This document shows, piece after piece, positions 27,901 through 38,370 of a DNA stretch of 64,000 nucleotides. Where the stretch lies: NCBI GenBank assembly GCA_951406725.2, contig CATOCA020000001.1, forward strand, positions 6,014,001 to 6,078,000, written 5' to 3'. Origin of the DNA: Octopus vulgaris (lineage: Eukaryota). How positions within the stretch are numbered: position 1 is the first letter of the stretch; each line of letters begins with the position of its first letter. Under the pieces are notes generated by a model. It was not told where the DNA came from. It saw nothing but the letters and a program-made list of their open reading frames with translations, and made no database searches. A program made the position numbers and the translations under genes.

Positions 27901-30900
27901 CTCCCTCTTGTTTTCTTCTTATCATTCTTCCTCTCTCTCACTCTTTCATTTCTCTCTTTTTTTCTCTAGTTTCTTTCTCTCTCTCTCCTTCTTGTCTCGC
28001 TCTCTCCCTTTTTTCTCCTTCTCTCTCCCTCACGTTTTCTCTATAACCTTCCTCCTCTCTTTCACTCTTTCATTTCTCTCTTTCTTCCTCTCGTTTCTTT
28101 TTATCCTTCTTCCTCTCTCTCACTCTTTCATTTCTCTCTTTCTTCCTCTCGTTTTCTTTTTATCCTTCTTCCTCTCTCTCACTCTTTCATTTCTCTCTTT
28201 CTTCCTCTCGTTTCTTTTTCTCTCTCTTTCTTTTCTCGCTCTCGCTTTTTTCTTTCTTTCTCCCTCTCGTTTTCTTTTTATCCTTCTTCCTCTCTCTCAC
28301 TCTTTCATTTCTCTCTTTCTTCCTCTCGTTTCTTTTTCTCTCTCTTTCTTTTCTCGCTCTCGCTTTTTTTCCTTCTTTCTCCCTCTCGTTTTCTTTTTAT
28401 CCTTCTTCCTCTGTCTCACACTTTCATTTCTCTCTTTCTTCCTCTCGTTTCTTTTTATCCTTCTTCCTCTCTCTCACTCTTTCATTTCTCTCTTTCTTCC
28501 TCTCGTTTTCTTTTTATCCTTCTTCCTCTCTCTCACTCTTTCATTTCTCTCTTTCTTCCTCTCGTTTCTGTTTCTCTCTCTTTTCTCGCTCTCGCTTTTT
28601 TTCCTTCTTTCTCCCTCTCGTTTTCTTTTTATCCTTCTTCCTCTCTCTCACTCTTTCTTTTCTCTCTATCTTCCTCTCGTTTCTTTTTCTTTCTCGTTTT
28701 TTTGTCGCTCTCGCATTTTTCCTTCTTTCTCCTTCTCGTTTTCTTTGTATCCTTCTTCCTCTCTCTCACACTTTGATTTCTCTCTTTCTTCCTCTCGTTT
28801 CTGTTTCTCTCTCTTTCTTTTCTCGCTCTCGCTTTTTTCCTTCTTTCTCCCTCTCGTTTTCGTTTTATCCTTCTTCCTCTCTCTCACTCATTCATTTCTC
28901 TCTTTCTTCCTCTCGTTTCTGTTTCTCTCTCTTTCTTTTCTCGCTCTCGCTTTTTTTCCTTCTTTCTCCTTCTCGTTTTCTTTTCATCCCTCTTCCTCTC
29001 TCTCACACTTTCATTTCTCTCTTTCTTCCTTTCGTTTCTATTTCTCTCTCTCCTTCTTTTCTCGGTCTCTCACTTTTTTCTCCTTCTTTCTCCTTTTCGT
29101 TTTCTTTTTATCCTTCTTCCCCTCTCTCACTCTTTCATTTCTTTCTTTCTTCCTCTCATTTCTTTTTCTCTCTCTCTTTCTTTTCTTGCGCTCTCGCTTT
29201 TTTCTCCTTATTCCTCCCTCTCGTTTTCTTTTATTCTTCTTCCTCTCTCTCACTCTTTCATTTCTCTCTTTCTTCCTCTCGTTTCTTTCTCTCTCTGTTT
29301 CTTTCCTTGCTCTCTCGCTTTTTTCTCCTTCTTTCTCTCTCTCTCGTTTTCTTTTTATCCTTCTTCCTCTCTCTCACTCTTTCATTTCGCTCTTTCTTCC
29401 TTTCATTTCTTTTTCTCTCTCTCCTCGTTTCTCCCTCTCGTTTTCTTTTTATCCTTCTTCCTCTCTCTCACTCTTTCATTTCTCTCTTTCTTCCTCTCAT
29501 TTCTTTCTCTTTCTCTCTCTTTTCTCGCTCTCTCGCTTTTATCTCCTTCTTTCTCTCTCTCTCGTTTTCTTTCTATCCTTCTTCCTTTCTCTCACTCGTT
29601 CATTTCTCTATTCTTCCTCTCGTTTCTTTCTCTCTCTCTTTCTTTTCTCGCTCTCTCGCTTTTATCTCCTTTTTCTCTCTCTCGTTTTCTTTTTATCCTT
29701 CTTCCTCTCTCTCACTCTTTCATTTCTCTCTTTCTTCCTCTCGTTTCATTCTCTCTCTGTTTCTTTCCTTGCTCTCTCGCTTTTTTCTTCTTCTTCCTCC
29801 CTCTCGTTTTCTTTTATTCTTCTTCCTCTCTCTCACTCTTTCATTTCGCTCTTTCTTCCTTTCATTTCTTTTTCTCTCTCTGCTCGTTTCTCCCTCTCGT
29901 TTTCTTTTTATCCTTCTTCCTCTCTCTCACTCTTTCATTTCTCTATTCTTCCTCTCGTTTCTTTCTCTCTCTCTTTCTTTTCTCGCTCTCTCGCTTTTAT
30001 CTCCTTTTTCTCCCTCTCGTTTTCTTTTTATCCTTCTTCCTCTCTCTCATTCTTTCACTTATCTCTCTCTTCCTCTCGTTTCTTTCTATCTCTCTCCTTC
30101 TTTTCTCGCTCACGCACTTTTTTCTCCTTCTTTCTTCCTCTCGTTTTCTTTTTATCCTTCTTCCTCTCTCTCATTCTTTCATTTATCTCTCTCTTCCTCT
30201 CGTTTCTTTTTATCCTTCTTCCTCTCTCTCACCCTTTCCTTTAACTCTCTCTTCCTCTCGTTTCTTTCTCTCTCTCTCCTTCTTTTCTCGCTCACTCACT
30301 TTTTTCTCCTTCTTTCTTCCTCTCGTTTTCTTTTTATCCTTCCTCCTCTCTCTCACTTTTTCATTTATCTTTCTCTTCCTCTCGTTTCTCTCTCTCTCTC
30401 CTTCTTTTCTCGCTCACTCACTTTTTTCTCCTTCTTTCTCCCTCTCGTTTTCTTTTTATCCTTCTTCCTCTCTCTCACTCTTTCATTTCTCTCTTTCTTC
30501 CTCTCGTATCTTTTTCTCTCTCTTTCTTTTCTCGGTCTCTGACTTTTTTCTCCTTCTTTCTCCCTCTCGTTTTCTTTTTATTCTTCTTCCTCTCTCTCAC
30601 TCTTTCATTTCTCTCTTTCTTCCTCTCGTTTCTTTTTCTCTCTCTTTCTTTTCTCGCACTCTCACTTTTTTCTCCTTCTTTCTCCCGCTCGTTTTCTTTT
30701 TATCCTTCTTCCTCTCTCTCACTCTTTCATTTCTCTCTTTCTTCCTCTCGTTTCTTTTTCTCTCATTCTTTTCTCGCTCTCTCACTTTTTCTCCTTCTTT
30801 CTTCCTTTCGTTTCTTATTCTCTCTCTCTTTCTTTTCTTCCTTTCTCGCTTTTTACTCCTTTCTCCCTCTCGTTTTCTTTTTATCCTTCTTCCTCTCTCT

Positions 30901-33157
30901 TACTCTTTCATTTCTCTATTTCTTCCTCTCGTTTCTTTCTCTCTCTCTCTTTCTTTTCTCGCTCACTCACTTTTTCTCCTTCTTCCTCCCTCTCGTTTTC
31001 TTTTTATCCTTCTTCCTCTCTCTCACTCTTTCATTTCTGTCTTTCTTCTTCTCGTTTCTTTTTCTCTCTCATTCTTTTCTCGCTCTCTCACTTTTTCTCC
31101 TTCTTTCTTCCTTTCGTTTCTTATTCTCTCTCTCTTTCTTTTCTTCCTTTCTCGCTTTTTACTCCTTTCTCCCTCTCGTTTTCTTTTTATCCTTCTTCCT
31201 CTCTCTTACTCTTTCATTTCTCTATTTCTTCCTCTCGTTTCTTTCTCTCTCTCTCTTTCTTTTCTCGCTCACTCACTTTTTTCTCATTCTTTCTCCCTCT
31301 TGTTTTCTTTTTATCCTTCTTCCTCTCTCTCACTCTTTCATTTCTGTCTTTCTCCTTCTCGTTTCTTTTTCATTCTCTTTCTTTTCTCGCTCTCTCGCTT
31401 TTTTTCCTTCTTACTCCCTCTCGTTTTCTTTTTATCCTTCCTCATCTCTCTCACTCTTTCATTTCTTTCTTTCTTCCGTTCGATTCTTTTTCTCTCTCTT
31501 TCTTTTCTCGCTCACTCGCTTTTTTCTCCTTATTTCTCCCTCTTGTTTTCTTTTTATACTTCTTCCTCTCTCTCACTCTTTCATTTCTCTCTATCTTCCT
31601 CTCGTTTCTTTTTCTCACTCTTCCTTTTCTCGCTCTCTCGCTTTTATCTCCTTCTTTCTCCCTCTCGTTTTCTTTTTATCCCTTTTCCTCTCTCTCACTC
31701 TTTCATTTCTCTCTTTCTTCCTCTCGTTTCTTTTTCTCTCTCTTTCTTTTCTCGCTCTCTCACTTTTTCTCCATCTCTCTCCCTCTCGTTTTCTTTTTAT
31801 CCTTCTTCCTCTCTCTCACTCTTTCATTTCTGTCTTTCTTCCTCTCGTTTTTTTTCTCTCTCATTCTTTTGTCGCTCTCTCACTTTTTTCTCCTTCTTTC
31901 TTCCTTTCGTTTCTTATTCTCTCTCTCTTTCTTTTCTTCCTTTCTCGCTTTTTACTCCTTTGTCCCTCTCGTTTTCTTTTTATCCTTCTTCCTCTCTCTC
32001 ACTCTTTCATTTCTCTATTTCTTCCTCTCGTTTCTTTCTCTCTCTCTTTCTTTTCTCGCTCTCTAACTTTTTTCTCCTTTTATCTCCCTCTCGTTTTCTT
32101 TTTATCCTTCTTCCTCTCTCTCACTCTTTCATTTCTCTCTTTCTTCTTCTCGTTTCTTTTTCATTCTCTTTCTTTTCTCGCTCTCTCGCTTTTATCTCCT
32201 TCTTTCTCCCTCTTGTTTTCTTTTTATCCTTCTTCCTCTCTCTCACTCTTTCATTTCTGTCTTTCTCCTTCTCGTTTCTTTTTCATTCTCTTTCTTTTCT
32301 CGCTCTCTCGCTTTTTTTCCTTCTTACTCCCTCTCGTTTTCTTTTTATCCTTCTTCTTCTCTCTCACTCTTTCATTTCTCTCTTTCTTCCACTCGTTTCT
32401 TTTTTCTCACTCTTTCTTTTCTCGCTCTCTCGCTTTTATCTCCTTCTTTCTCCCTCTCGTTTTCTTTTTATCCTTCTTCCTCTCTCTCACTCTTTCATTT
32501 CTCTCTTTCTTCCTCTCGTTTCTTTTTCTCTCTCTTTCTTTTCTCGCTCTCTCACTTTTTCTCCTTCTTTCTCCCTCTCGTTTTCTTTTTATCCTTCTTC
32601 CTCTCTCTCACTCTTTCATTTCTCTCTTTCTTCCTCTCTCTCGTTTTCTTTTTATCCTTCTTCCTCTCTCTCACTCTTTCATTTCTCTCTTTCTTCCACT
32701 CGTTTCTTTTTCTCTCTCTTTCTTTTCTCGCTCTCTTGCTTTTCTCTCTTTCTTTCTCCCTCTCGTTTTCTTTTTATCCTTCTTCCTCTCTCTCACTCTT
32801 TCATTTCTCTCTTTCTTCCTCTCGTTTCTTTTTGTCTCTCTTTCTATTCTTGCTCTCTCGCCTTTTTCTCCTTCTTTCTCACTCTCGTTTTTGTTTATCC
32901 TACTCCCTCTCTCTCTCACTCTTTCATTTCTCTCTTTCTTCCCCTCGTTTCTTTTTCATTCTCTTTCTTTTCTCGCTCTCGCTTTTTTCTCCTTTTTTCT
33001 CCCTCTCGTTTTCTTTTTATCCTTCTTCCTCTCTCTCAGTCTTTCATTTCTCTCTTTCTTCCCCTCGTTTCTTTTTCATTCTCTTTCTTTTCTCGCTCTC
33101 GCTTTTTTCTCCTTTTTTCTCCTTTTTTCTCTCACACAAGCATACATACACACACAA

Positions 33158-33197
<40 letters not shown>

Positions 33198-36100
33198 ATA
33201 TATACGAGTTAATAACAACTGTAAGGATGTGTTTTATCTATTCACCAAAGTGAATGTGTCTGCAGGAAGCTCTTATATCTGTCACACTTCCGTTCATGGG
33301 CCTCGTTATAACCCGCTCCCCACGTGACTGTCCATTCAATTATGATAATTTTCTGGGCCTTTACAGGCCACAGAACCTCATATGGCCTTAGTGTTGTATG
33401 GATAACCTGGGGAAACTGCAATCTTTTCCCTAAGTCTACCTTCGTATCCCATGGTTGAGACCCTTGCAGCAAGCTATATATTGCTTTTGCTGGCTTTACT
33501 GGTTTCTCTCCCTCTTTCACGAACTTAATTGTGGCAGTTATCTTCCCTTGGTGATGATGTTTCTTACACCTTTACTGCTCCAGGGTGTGAGTAAGTATTT
33601 GTATCTGCCTTGAGAAAGAGTTATTCTGCATCCTGCCAAGATGTGTACCCCTTACCCACAAAGTCTACACAGCTGGACTTCCCTCAAACCTTATCTGTGC
33701 AGGTTTGTTGGCGTCGGGAGTGTGTCATACACCGCTCCAGGCAGGAAGGAGATGTGCAAAGGTTCCAGCCCCCATAGGTCAATTCATGAGAGCTTCCTCT
33801 TAGGGAGATCCCATTTAGTCCATGCACCCAGAGATGCCAACTCCACAGCTCTTGATATCTTCCTCCTGGTACCGCACCGCTGTCTCGGTCATAGCCGCCT
33901 CTCCTTGGTGTCTACTTTCTTCAATTGTTGGAAATTGGAAGACCCAAGTCCCTGGTGACCCCAACATGTAGCTCCAATTATGACGCGTGGCTCCAGCATG
34001 CCTTCAGCCTGAGCGATAGCGGTGCTAGTTACCCACACCTTGTGGTAATACCTGCAGGTCTGACAAGCTCGTCCTTAGAGTCCCTCTACACCATTACATT
34101 ACATTTTGCTATTTTAAATTCCTCCATTAAATACGACAGGGGAAGTTGCAGCCTTCCAGATCTTATGGACAGGCCTACTGAAGTGAAGCTTGGGAAACTC
34201 CTAGCAATCTTCGGAGGTATTTAGTTATCTTTCTCTCCACCCTTTCCACACTTGTCATTGGAGCATCATACAGCGTCAGCAACCATATGAGTCTTAGGAG
34301 CAGTCTGTGTTGGTAGAGCCATGCCCTGAACTTTCCTGGAAGCCCTGATCTATCAATCCTCATCCGCCACTCCTCTGCTTGCTTTACAATTTTGGTGACA
34401 TTGCTTCTCTCTGACAGCGACTTGTCAAACATCTTTTCAAGGCATTTACTAGGATTTACCTCTATTGATGGAATGCTCCTTGCACTTGGGGCCTGATTTT
34501 GTTGGTTACCTTACTGCCCTCCCTGATTACCATGCTCCCCGAAATGCATAGAAAGATGGTTCAATTCATGCATAAGCTCAATGAAGAGAAAGAACCCACT
34601 TTATGTTTGTCACTGAATCTAATACAAAGTAATTATTTGAAACTAGATATCTGTGGGAACTTCTGGATGACACCAACTTCTGTTGAATACGTTCAAAGTG
34701 TGAAAAAGTGGATACTTATGAAAGGAAACGATGGGGGAATAAAAACATAAATAAGGCAGTGTTTCATTTTAAATTAAGTGCTTCGTTAGTACTTTGTAGC
34801 CATACAAAATGTTAAAAGGTCTGAGTTGTTCATACACAACTGTATTACATCTGTTTAGACAACAATATCAACATCATCTGGAGGAAAACACCCACCATCA
34901 CAAAGTGGCAGACATACACCTACCATTGAATTACAGGTATGATGGTCATTAAGAAAATAATGGATGCTTCTTTCTGCATTTCACCATCTGTCAGCTCTCT
35001 TCACTCCTAATTTAAAACCAAGATTTCTGGTCTCCTACCAACCGAATCTCTATAAATTTAACAGAATCATTCTACCAACTGCTTCCTAACCATGACGGTC
35101 TTATACCAGTGATTCTCAAACCTTTTAAATATGGTTTCTTTTCATTTACCAAGGATTTCTCAATGTCCCTCACCTTGCTAAGACTCTATATAACACATTT
35201 TTAATGTCATTTCAATTAATAGCAGATCAGATTAATTTCCCTCTCGATCCTAGTCTTGACATGGGTGACTACTTACCACAGAACCTTCACCAGAATAAGT
35301 GAATACTTGATGCTTCACTACTTAGTTTTCTTTACTGATCCAACCGTTGATACATAGCTTCAGTTAAACTCGGGTACACATTCTTTGTGTTTCATATATA
35401 CATAACCTCATATGCTATTTTCCCACAGCGCCCCCACACATGGGTAGTACTGACCTCACTGGGAAATCCTGCTCAATATTCCTGCAGACAATATCTTATC
35501 GAGTGACTACCATCCAGTCATTCTAACTTCCAATGTTTCAATTATGAAGTACAAAGTCACAAACAACCATCATATTTGTCCCTTTAGGTATCTTTCATTA
35601 TTCAATGAACACCAGTACAGTCTTATAAAGCCAGATCAAGAGGGGCTTGGTACATGTGTGATACACCAGTGTTTTCATATGTTTGACAAAATCTGCATAA
35701 AATGGTGTAGCCCTTCACTTCAGTAAAACCTTCGTCTGTGTATGGCAAGAGGACTTCTTTAAAAAGTCACCATTCATCTACGGACTCCATCTGTTTCTCA
35801 TCTCATCTGAAAATTTCATATCAGAATACCCCCTTTCAGTGTGTGATGATGGGTTTCTCTCTCATTCACATTCCATCTACTTCACCATGATCAAAATTTG
35901 GTCAAGAATAATATTCTTTTCTACTCAAGGCACAAGGCCTCACATTTGGGAGGGGGGGGCAGTCGATTAGACCGACCGCAGAAGGCAACTAGTACTTAAT
36001 ATATCGACCTAGAAAGGATGACAAGAAAAGTCGACCTCGGCGGAATTTGATCTCGGAACGTAAACACAGACGAAATACTGCTAAACATTTCACCTGGCGT

Positions 36101-36371
36101 GCTAACGATTCTGCCGACTCGCTGCCTTGGTCAAGAATTTCATTATAACATTGATGGCGATTAGCGGAAAGGGATGGAGAAAGAAATGAAATATTATGGA
36201 GAAATATATGCAGTTAGTTTGAAGTTTTCAAATTGCGTATAAAATAATAAAGAAATAGGCAAATTTGAGAAAGCAATAAACAGAACAACTTACTTGGCCT
36301 GGCCTCTCCTCAAGTAAGATTTTCAATCCTTCCACATCATTATTAAAAATTTTATTAACGATTGAGTCCAT
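4984..36371 (-). CDS. Spliced gene, 10 coding exons, 459 aa: Mind-bomb-like ankyrin repeats + C3HC4 RING + C-terminal death domain (putative E3 ligase/adaptor)
   Basis: Manual exon assembly with canonical ag/gt sites and matching phases: 36371-36294, 25397-25240, 23376-23229, 18824-18670, 17694-17658, 14632-14423, 12791-12616, 10084-9945, 9427-9356, 5189-4984 (sum 1380 nt incl. TGA). About 9 ankyrin repeats (TPLHxA motifs), RING CLWC..PCGH..CETC..CLKC, death domain [27 protein letters not shown]. Additional upstream exons are possible. Confidence 0.88.
5545..5915 (-). mobile_element. Decayed RTE/Expander-type LINE 3' end with (GGAT)n tail
   Basis: [24 protein letters not shown] remnant and GGAT-repeat terminus. 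Confidence 0.6.
6855..8138 (+). mobile_element. Full-length degenerate mariner transposon (mellifera-subfamily-like)
   Basis: TIRs ttgggttggcaactaagttc / gaacttagttgtcaccctaa, TA flanks, 1284 bp; frameshifted transposase with [26 protein letters not shown]. Confidence 0.95.
9356..9427 (-). CDS. Coding exon 9, start of death domain ([24 protein letters not shown])
   Basis: atttcag acceptor, gtgagt donor, phase 1->1. Confidence 0.85.
9945..10084 (-). CDS. Coding exon 8, C3HC4 RING finger ([40 protein letters not shown])
   Basis: ccacag acceptor, gtaaga donor, phase 2->1; all 8 zinc ligands present; MIB/IAP-type PCGH motif. Confidence 0.9.
10890..11250 (+). mobile_element. tRNA-derived SINE (head 1 + different tail), duplicated 5' end
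   Basis: ggcgcatggctcagtggttagagcg..tcgaatcccgg, gttgtgttcttgagcaagacacttt. Confidence 0.8.
12616..12791 (-). CDS. Coding exon 7, last ankyrin repeats (CCTALNL...[35 protein letters not shown]...)
   Basis: tttgtag acceptor, gtaagt donor, phase 0->2; resembles the MIB1 segment [31 protein letters not shown]. Confidence 0.88.
13300..13540 (+). mobile_element. Old mariner transposase 3' fragment
   Basis: Translates to [35 protein letters not shown], typical of a mariner C-terminus. Confidence 0.65.
14423..14632 (-). CDS. Coding exon 6, ankyrin repeats ([26 protein letters not shown]...[10 protein letters not shown]...LLNE)
   Basis: ccacaaag acceptor (an alternative in-frame cttcag lies 12 nt downstream), gtaagt donor, phase 0->0. 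Confidence 0.9.
15273..15540. mobile_element. Small MITE-like element
   Basis: Imperfect TIRs tttgacccatgttgcatcg / cgatacaaaatgggtcaat. Confidence 0.45.
15932..16440. mobile_element. MITE with ~125 bp terminal inverted repeats
   Basis: 15932-16060 matches the reverse complement of 16315-16440 (agaccccaaaacctgttggcctaagacctcttc core identical). Confidence 0.8.
17658..17694 (-). CDS. Coding exon 5, 37-nt exon ([12 protein letters not shown])
   Basis: tttcag acceptor, gttagt donor; phase 2->0 is exactly what is needed to join exons 4 and 6, and it completes an ankyrin inner helix. Confidence 0.78.
18670..18824 (-). CDS. Coding exon 4, ankyrin repeats ([28 protein letters not shown]...[12 protein letters not shown])
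   Basis: ttcatcag acceptor, gtaagt donor, phase 0->2; this frame is not listed in the ORF track. Confidence 0.92.
19441..20728 (-). mobile_element. Full-length degenerate mariner transposon (irritans-subfamily-like)
   Basis: TIRs cgaggggcgttcaataagtaatgcc / ggcattacttattgaacttccctcg, TA flanks, 1288 bp; frameshifted transposase with [31 protein letters not shown]. Confidence 0.95.
21205..22295 (-). mobile_element. Heavily deleted Helitron Rep/Hel remnants
   Basis: Collinear fragments: FSCNP..DAQKR (Rep-like, ~22290-22200) and [21 protein letters not shown] (PIF1 helicase C-terminus, ~21350-21210). Confidence 0.55.
21432..21933. repeat. Foldback element: ~130 bp inverted repeats around a (GT)n tract
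   Basis: 21432-21561 matches the reverse complement of 21803-21933; also a direct partial copy at 21710-21770. Confidence 0.75.
23229..23376 (-). CDS. Coding exon 3, ankyrin repeats ([31 protein letters not shown]...TDVE)
   Basis: ctctcag acceptor, gttagt donor, phase 2->0. Confidence 0.92.
23438..25030. repeat. 1.6 kb degenerate (ATC)n trinucleotide array (intronic)
   Basis: Directly visible; fills most of the intron between coding exons 2 and 3. Confidence 0.95.
25240..25397 (-). CDS. Coding exon 2, ankyrin repeats ([17 protein letters not shown]...[11 protein letters not shown])
   Basis: ttacag acceptor, gtaagt donor, phase 0->2, ankyrin motifs. Confidence 0.92.
25440..33130. repeat. 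7.7 kb polypyrimidine/polypurine tract with ~121 bp (and ~59 bp sub-unit) minisatellite
   Basis: Almost exclusively C/T on + strand; unit such as 32441-32561 (tccttctttctccctctcgttttctttttatccttcttcctctctctcactctttcatttc...) repeated many times. Confidence 0.95.
33240..34545 (-). mobile_element. Decayed RLE-type non-LTR retrotransposon (HERO/NeSL/R2-group) 3' part
   Basis: [21 protein letters not shown] (RT thumb), HILAGC zinc-knuckle remnant, [25 protein letters not shown] (PD..ExK-type nuclease). Confidence 0.8.
35910..36128 (-). mobile_element. SINE family B with 10-bp TSD
   Basis: Core match; ggtcaagaat at 35900-35909 and 36129-36138. Confidence 0.85.
36294..36371 (-). CDS. Coding exon 1 ([26 protein letters not shown])
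   Basis: Acceptor ttttattcag just upstream (exon begins 36376, ATG at 36371); donor gtaagt; phase 0 joins INKPIHG of the next exon; resembles a first ankyrin helix pair. Confidence 0.7.
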
Positions 36372-36936
36372 GTCTTCTGAATAAAAGATGACAAAAAAAG
36401 AGTAAAACAGTTTTTAAAAACATATAAAATGAGGTAAACAACAATAAACAGAAGTTGATGGTTATAAAATCTTGCATAAGATAACATTGATATTGTAAAC
36501 TTCAGTTTATCTAAAGTATTATTCATAGCTGAATGTTCTTCTTGACACTAATAAACCTAACAACAGTCATTGTGTTGTGTCTCTAGGTTAGATTATAGAT
36601 TGACTGGTTCCAATTAAACCCTCGATATTGGAATGTACAGTCTGTTGATCAGCTACGTTGAGGCAGCGTACATGTTGAGCTATAAATCTGTGGATCATAC
36701 CCCAGCTACGGTGGAGTGCACTTTATATCAAAGACAAACTGATTCTCCAAAGAAAGGTAAATTTACGAAAAATAGTAAAAGAATCAATGAAACCAAGTTT
36801 GTTCAATAAAACCTCCTGTATTGATCTTTGTCGAAACACTAGCAAAGTAGATGAGATCTAATCAGACACTATCAACAAGTGCTTACTTTATAGATTTTTG
36901 CAAATATCTTTATAAAATCATTTAATAAATTTCCCT

Positions 36937-36990
<54 letters not shown>

Positions 36991-37253
36991 TCACCATCAC
37001 CATGTAACGTCCATGTTTCATCCATTTATGAGTAAGATGGATGACAGGAGTCGGCCGGGTACCCTAGGCTACTGTCTATTTTGGCAGGGATTTTACAGCT
37101 GGATGCCCTTCCAAACGCCAACCACCAGTTTTGTCCCACTGTATGACACCTTGGGCAAGTACCCAGTGAAAGAACTGCCAAAATGAAGTGTTTGTGTTTG
37201 TGTGGGTGTGTGTGTGTACCTGTGCATATATATATATATATAAATATATATAC

Positions 37254-37302
<49 letters not shown>

Positions 37303-37305
<3 letters not shown>

Positions 37306-37705
37306 TCTTTTACTCTTTTACCTGTTTCAGTCATTTGACTGCGGCCATGCTGGAGCACCGCCTTTAGTCGAGCAAATCGACCCCGGGACTTATTCTTTGT
37401 AAGCCCAGTACTTATTCAATCGGTGTCTTTTGCCGAACCGCTAAGTGACGGTAACATAAACACACCAGCATCGGTTGTCAAGAAATGCTAGGGGGACAAA
37501 CACAGACACACAAACACACACACATATATATTTATATATATATGCGACAGGCTTCTTTCAGTTTCCGTCTACCAAATCCACTCACAAGGCATTGGTCGGA
37601 ACGGGGCTATAGCAGAAGACACTGGCCCAAGATGCCACGCAGTGGACTGAACCCGGAACCATGTGATTGGTTAGTAAGCTACTTACCACACAGCCACTTG
37701 TGCGC

Positions 37706-37706
<1 letters not shown>
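37303..37706 (-). mobile_element. SINE family A (full length)
   Basis: High identity to 701-1100; flanked by (TA)n. Confidence 0.9.
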
Positions 37707-37771
<65 letters not shown>

Positions 37772-37793
37772 TTATATATATATATATGTATTT

Positions 37794-37825
<32 letters not shown>

Positions 37826-38370
37826 GTATGTATATGTATTTGTGTGTGTGTGTGTGTGTGTGTGTTTCCATTTGCTGTTACTGAAAATTGCTCAGCAATG
37901 AACGATTTGATTATCATTTTCCCTGTTAATAGACAAACCGTTGGAATAAGTGATCCCTTGAACAACAGGTAAGGGTTAATAACATGAAGTGGATCCAGAT
38001 GCAGAAAGAATGGATTGATAATATAATACAACCCATGGTAGTATGGAGAAAAGGTGTAAAATGATTGCTTTATATGCATATACGTACATATATAAGTCTA
38101 TGTATGTGTATACTCGTGTGCATGTGTGAGTAGCTGTATGGCATAGTGATTCGGGTGTTACCCTCACAATATCTAGATCGTGGGTTTGATTCTTGCAATG
38201 CCCTTCCTTTCCCAAGACTTCCGAATGTTCGCCTGCTTTCCTTACCAGTGGAGTGGCATCATTGAAAACGTCAAACAATGCAAAGCACATTGTGACCAGT
38301 GATGTGTAACATCTGGCAGTATACTCGACCATGTGACTACATGATTATATATATATGTATATATATATAG

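Noticed and set aside
25403-33327. Very long ORFs (551, 556, 1002, 589, 675 aa) rich in F/L/S
   Set aside because: Artefacts of a C/T-only minisatellite that cannot form stop codons; intronic and antisense to the real gene
4984-36371. Assigning the symbol MIB1/MIB2
   Set aside because: Lacks detectable Mib-herc2/ZZ/REP domains, has a single RING and an added death domain; orthology is unsupported
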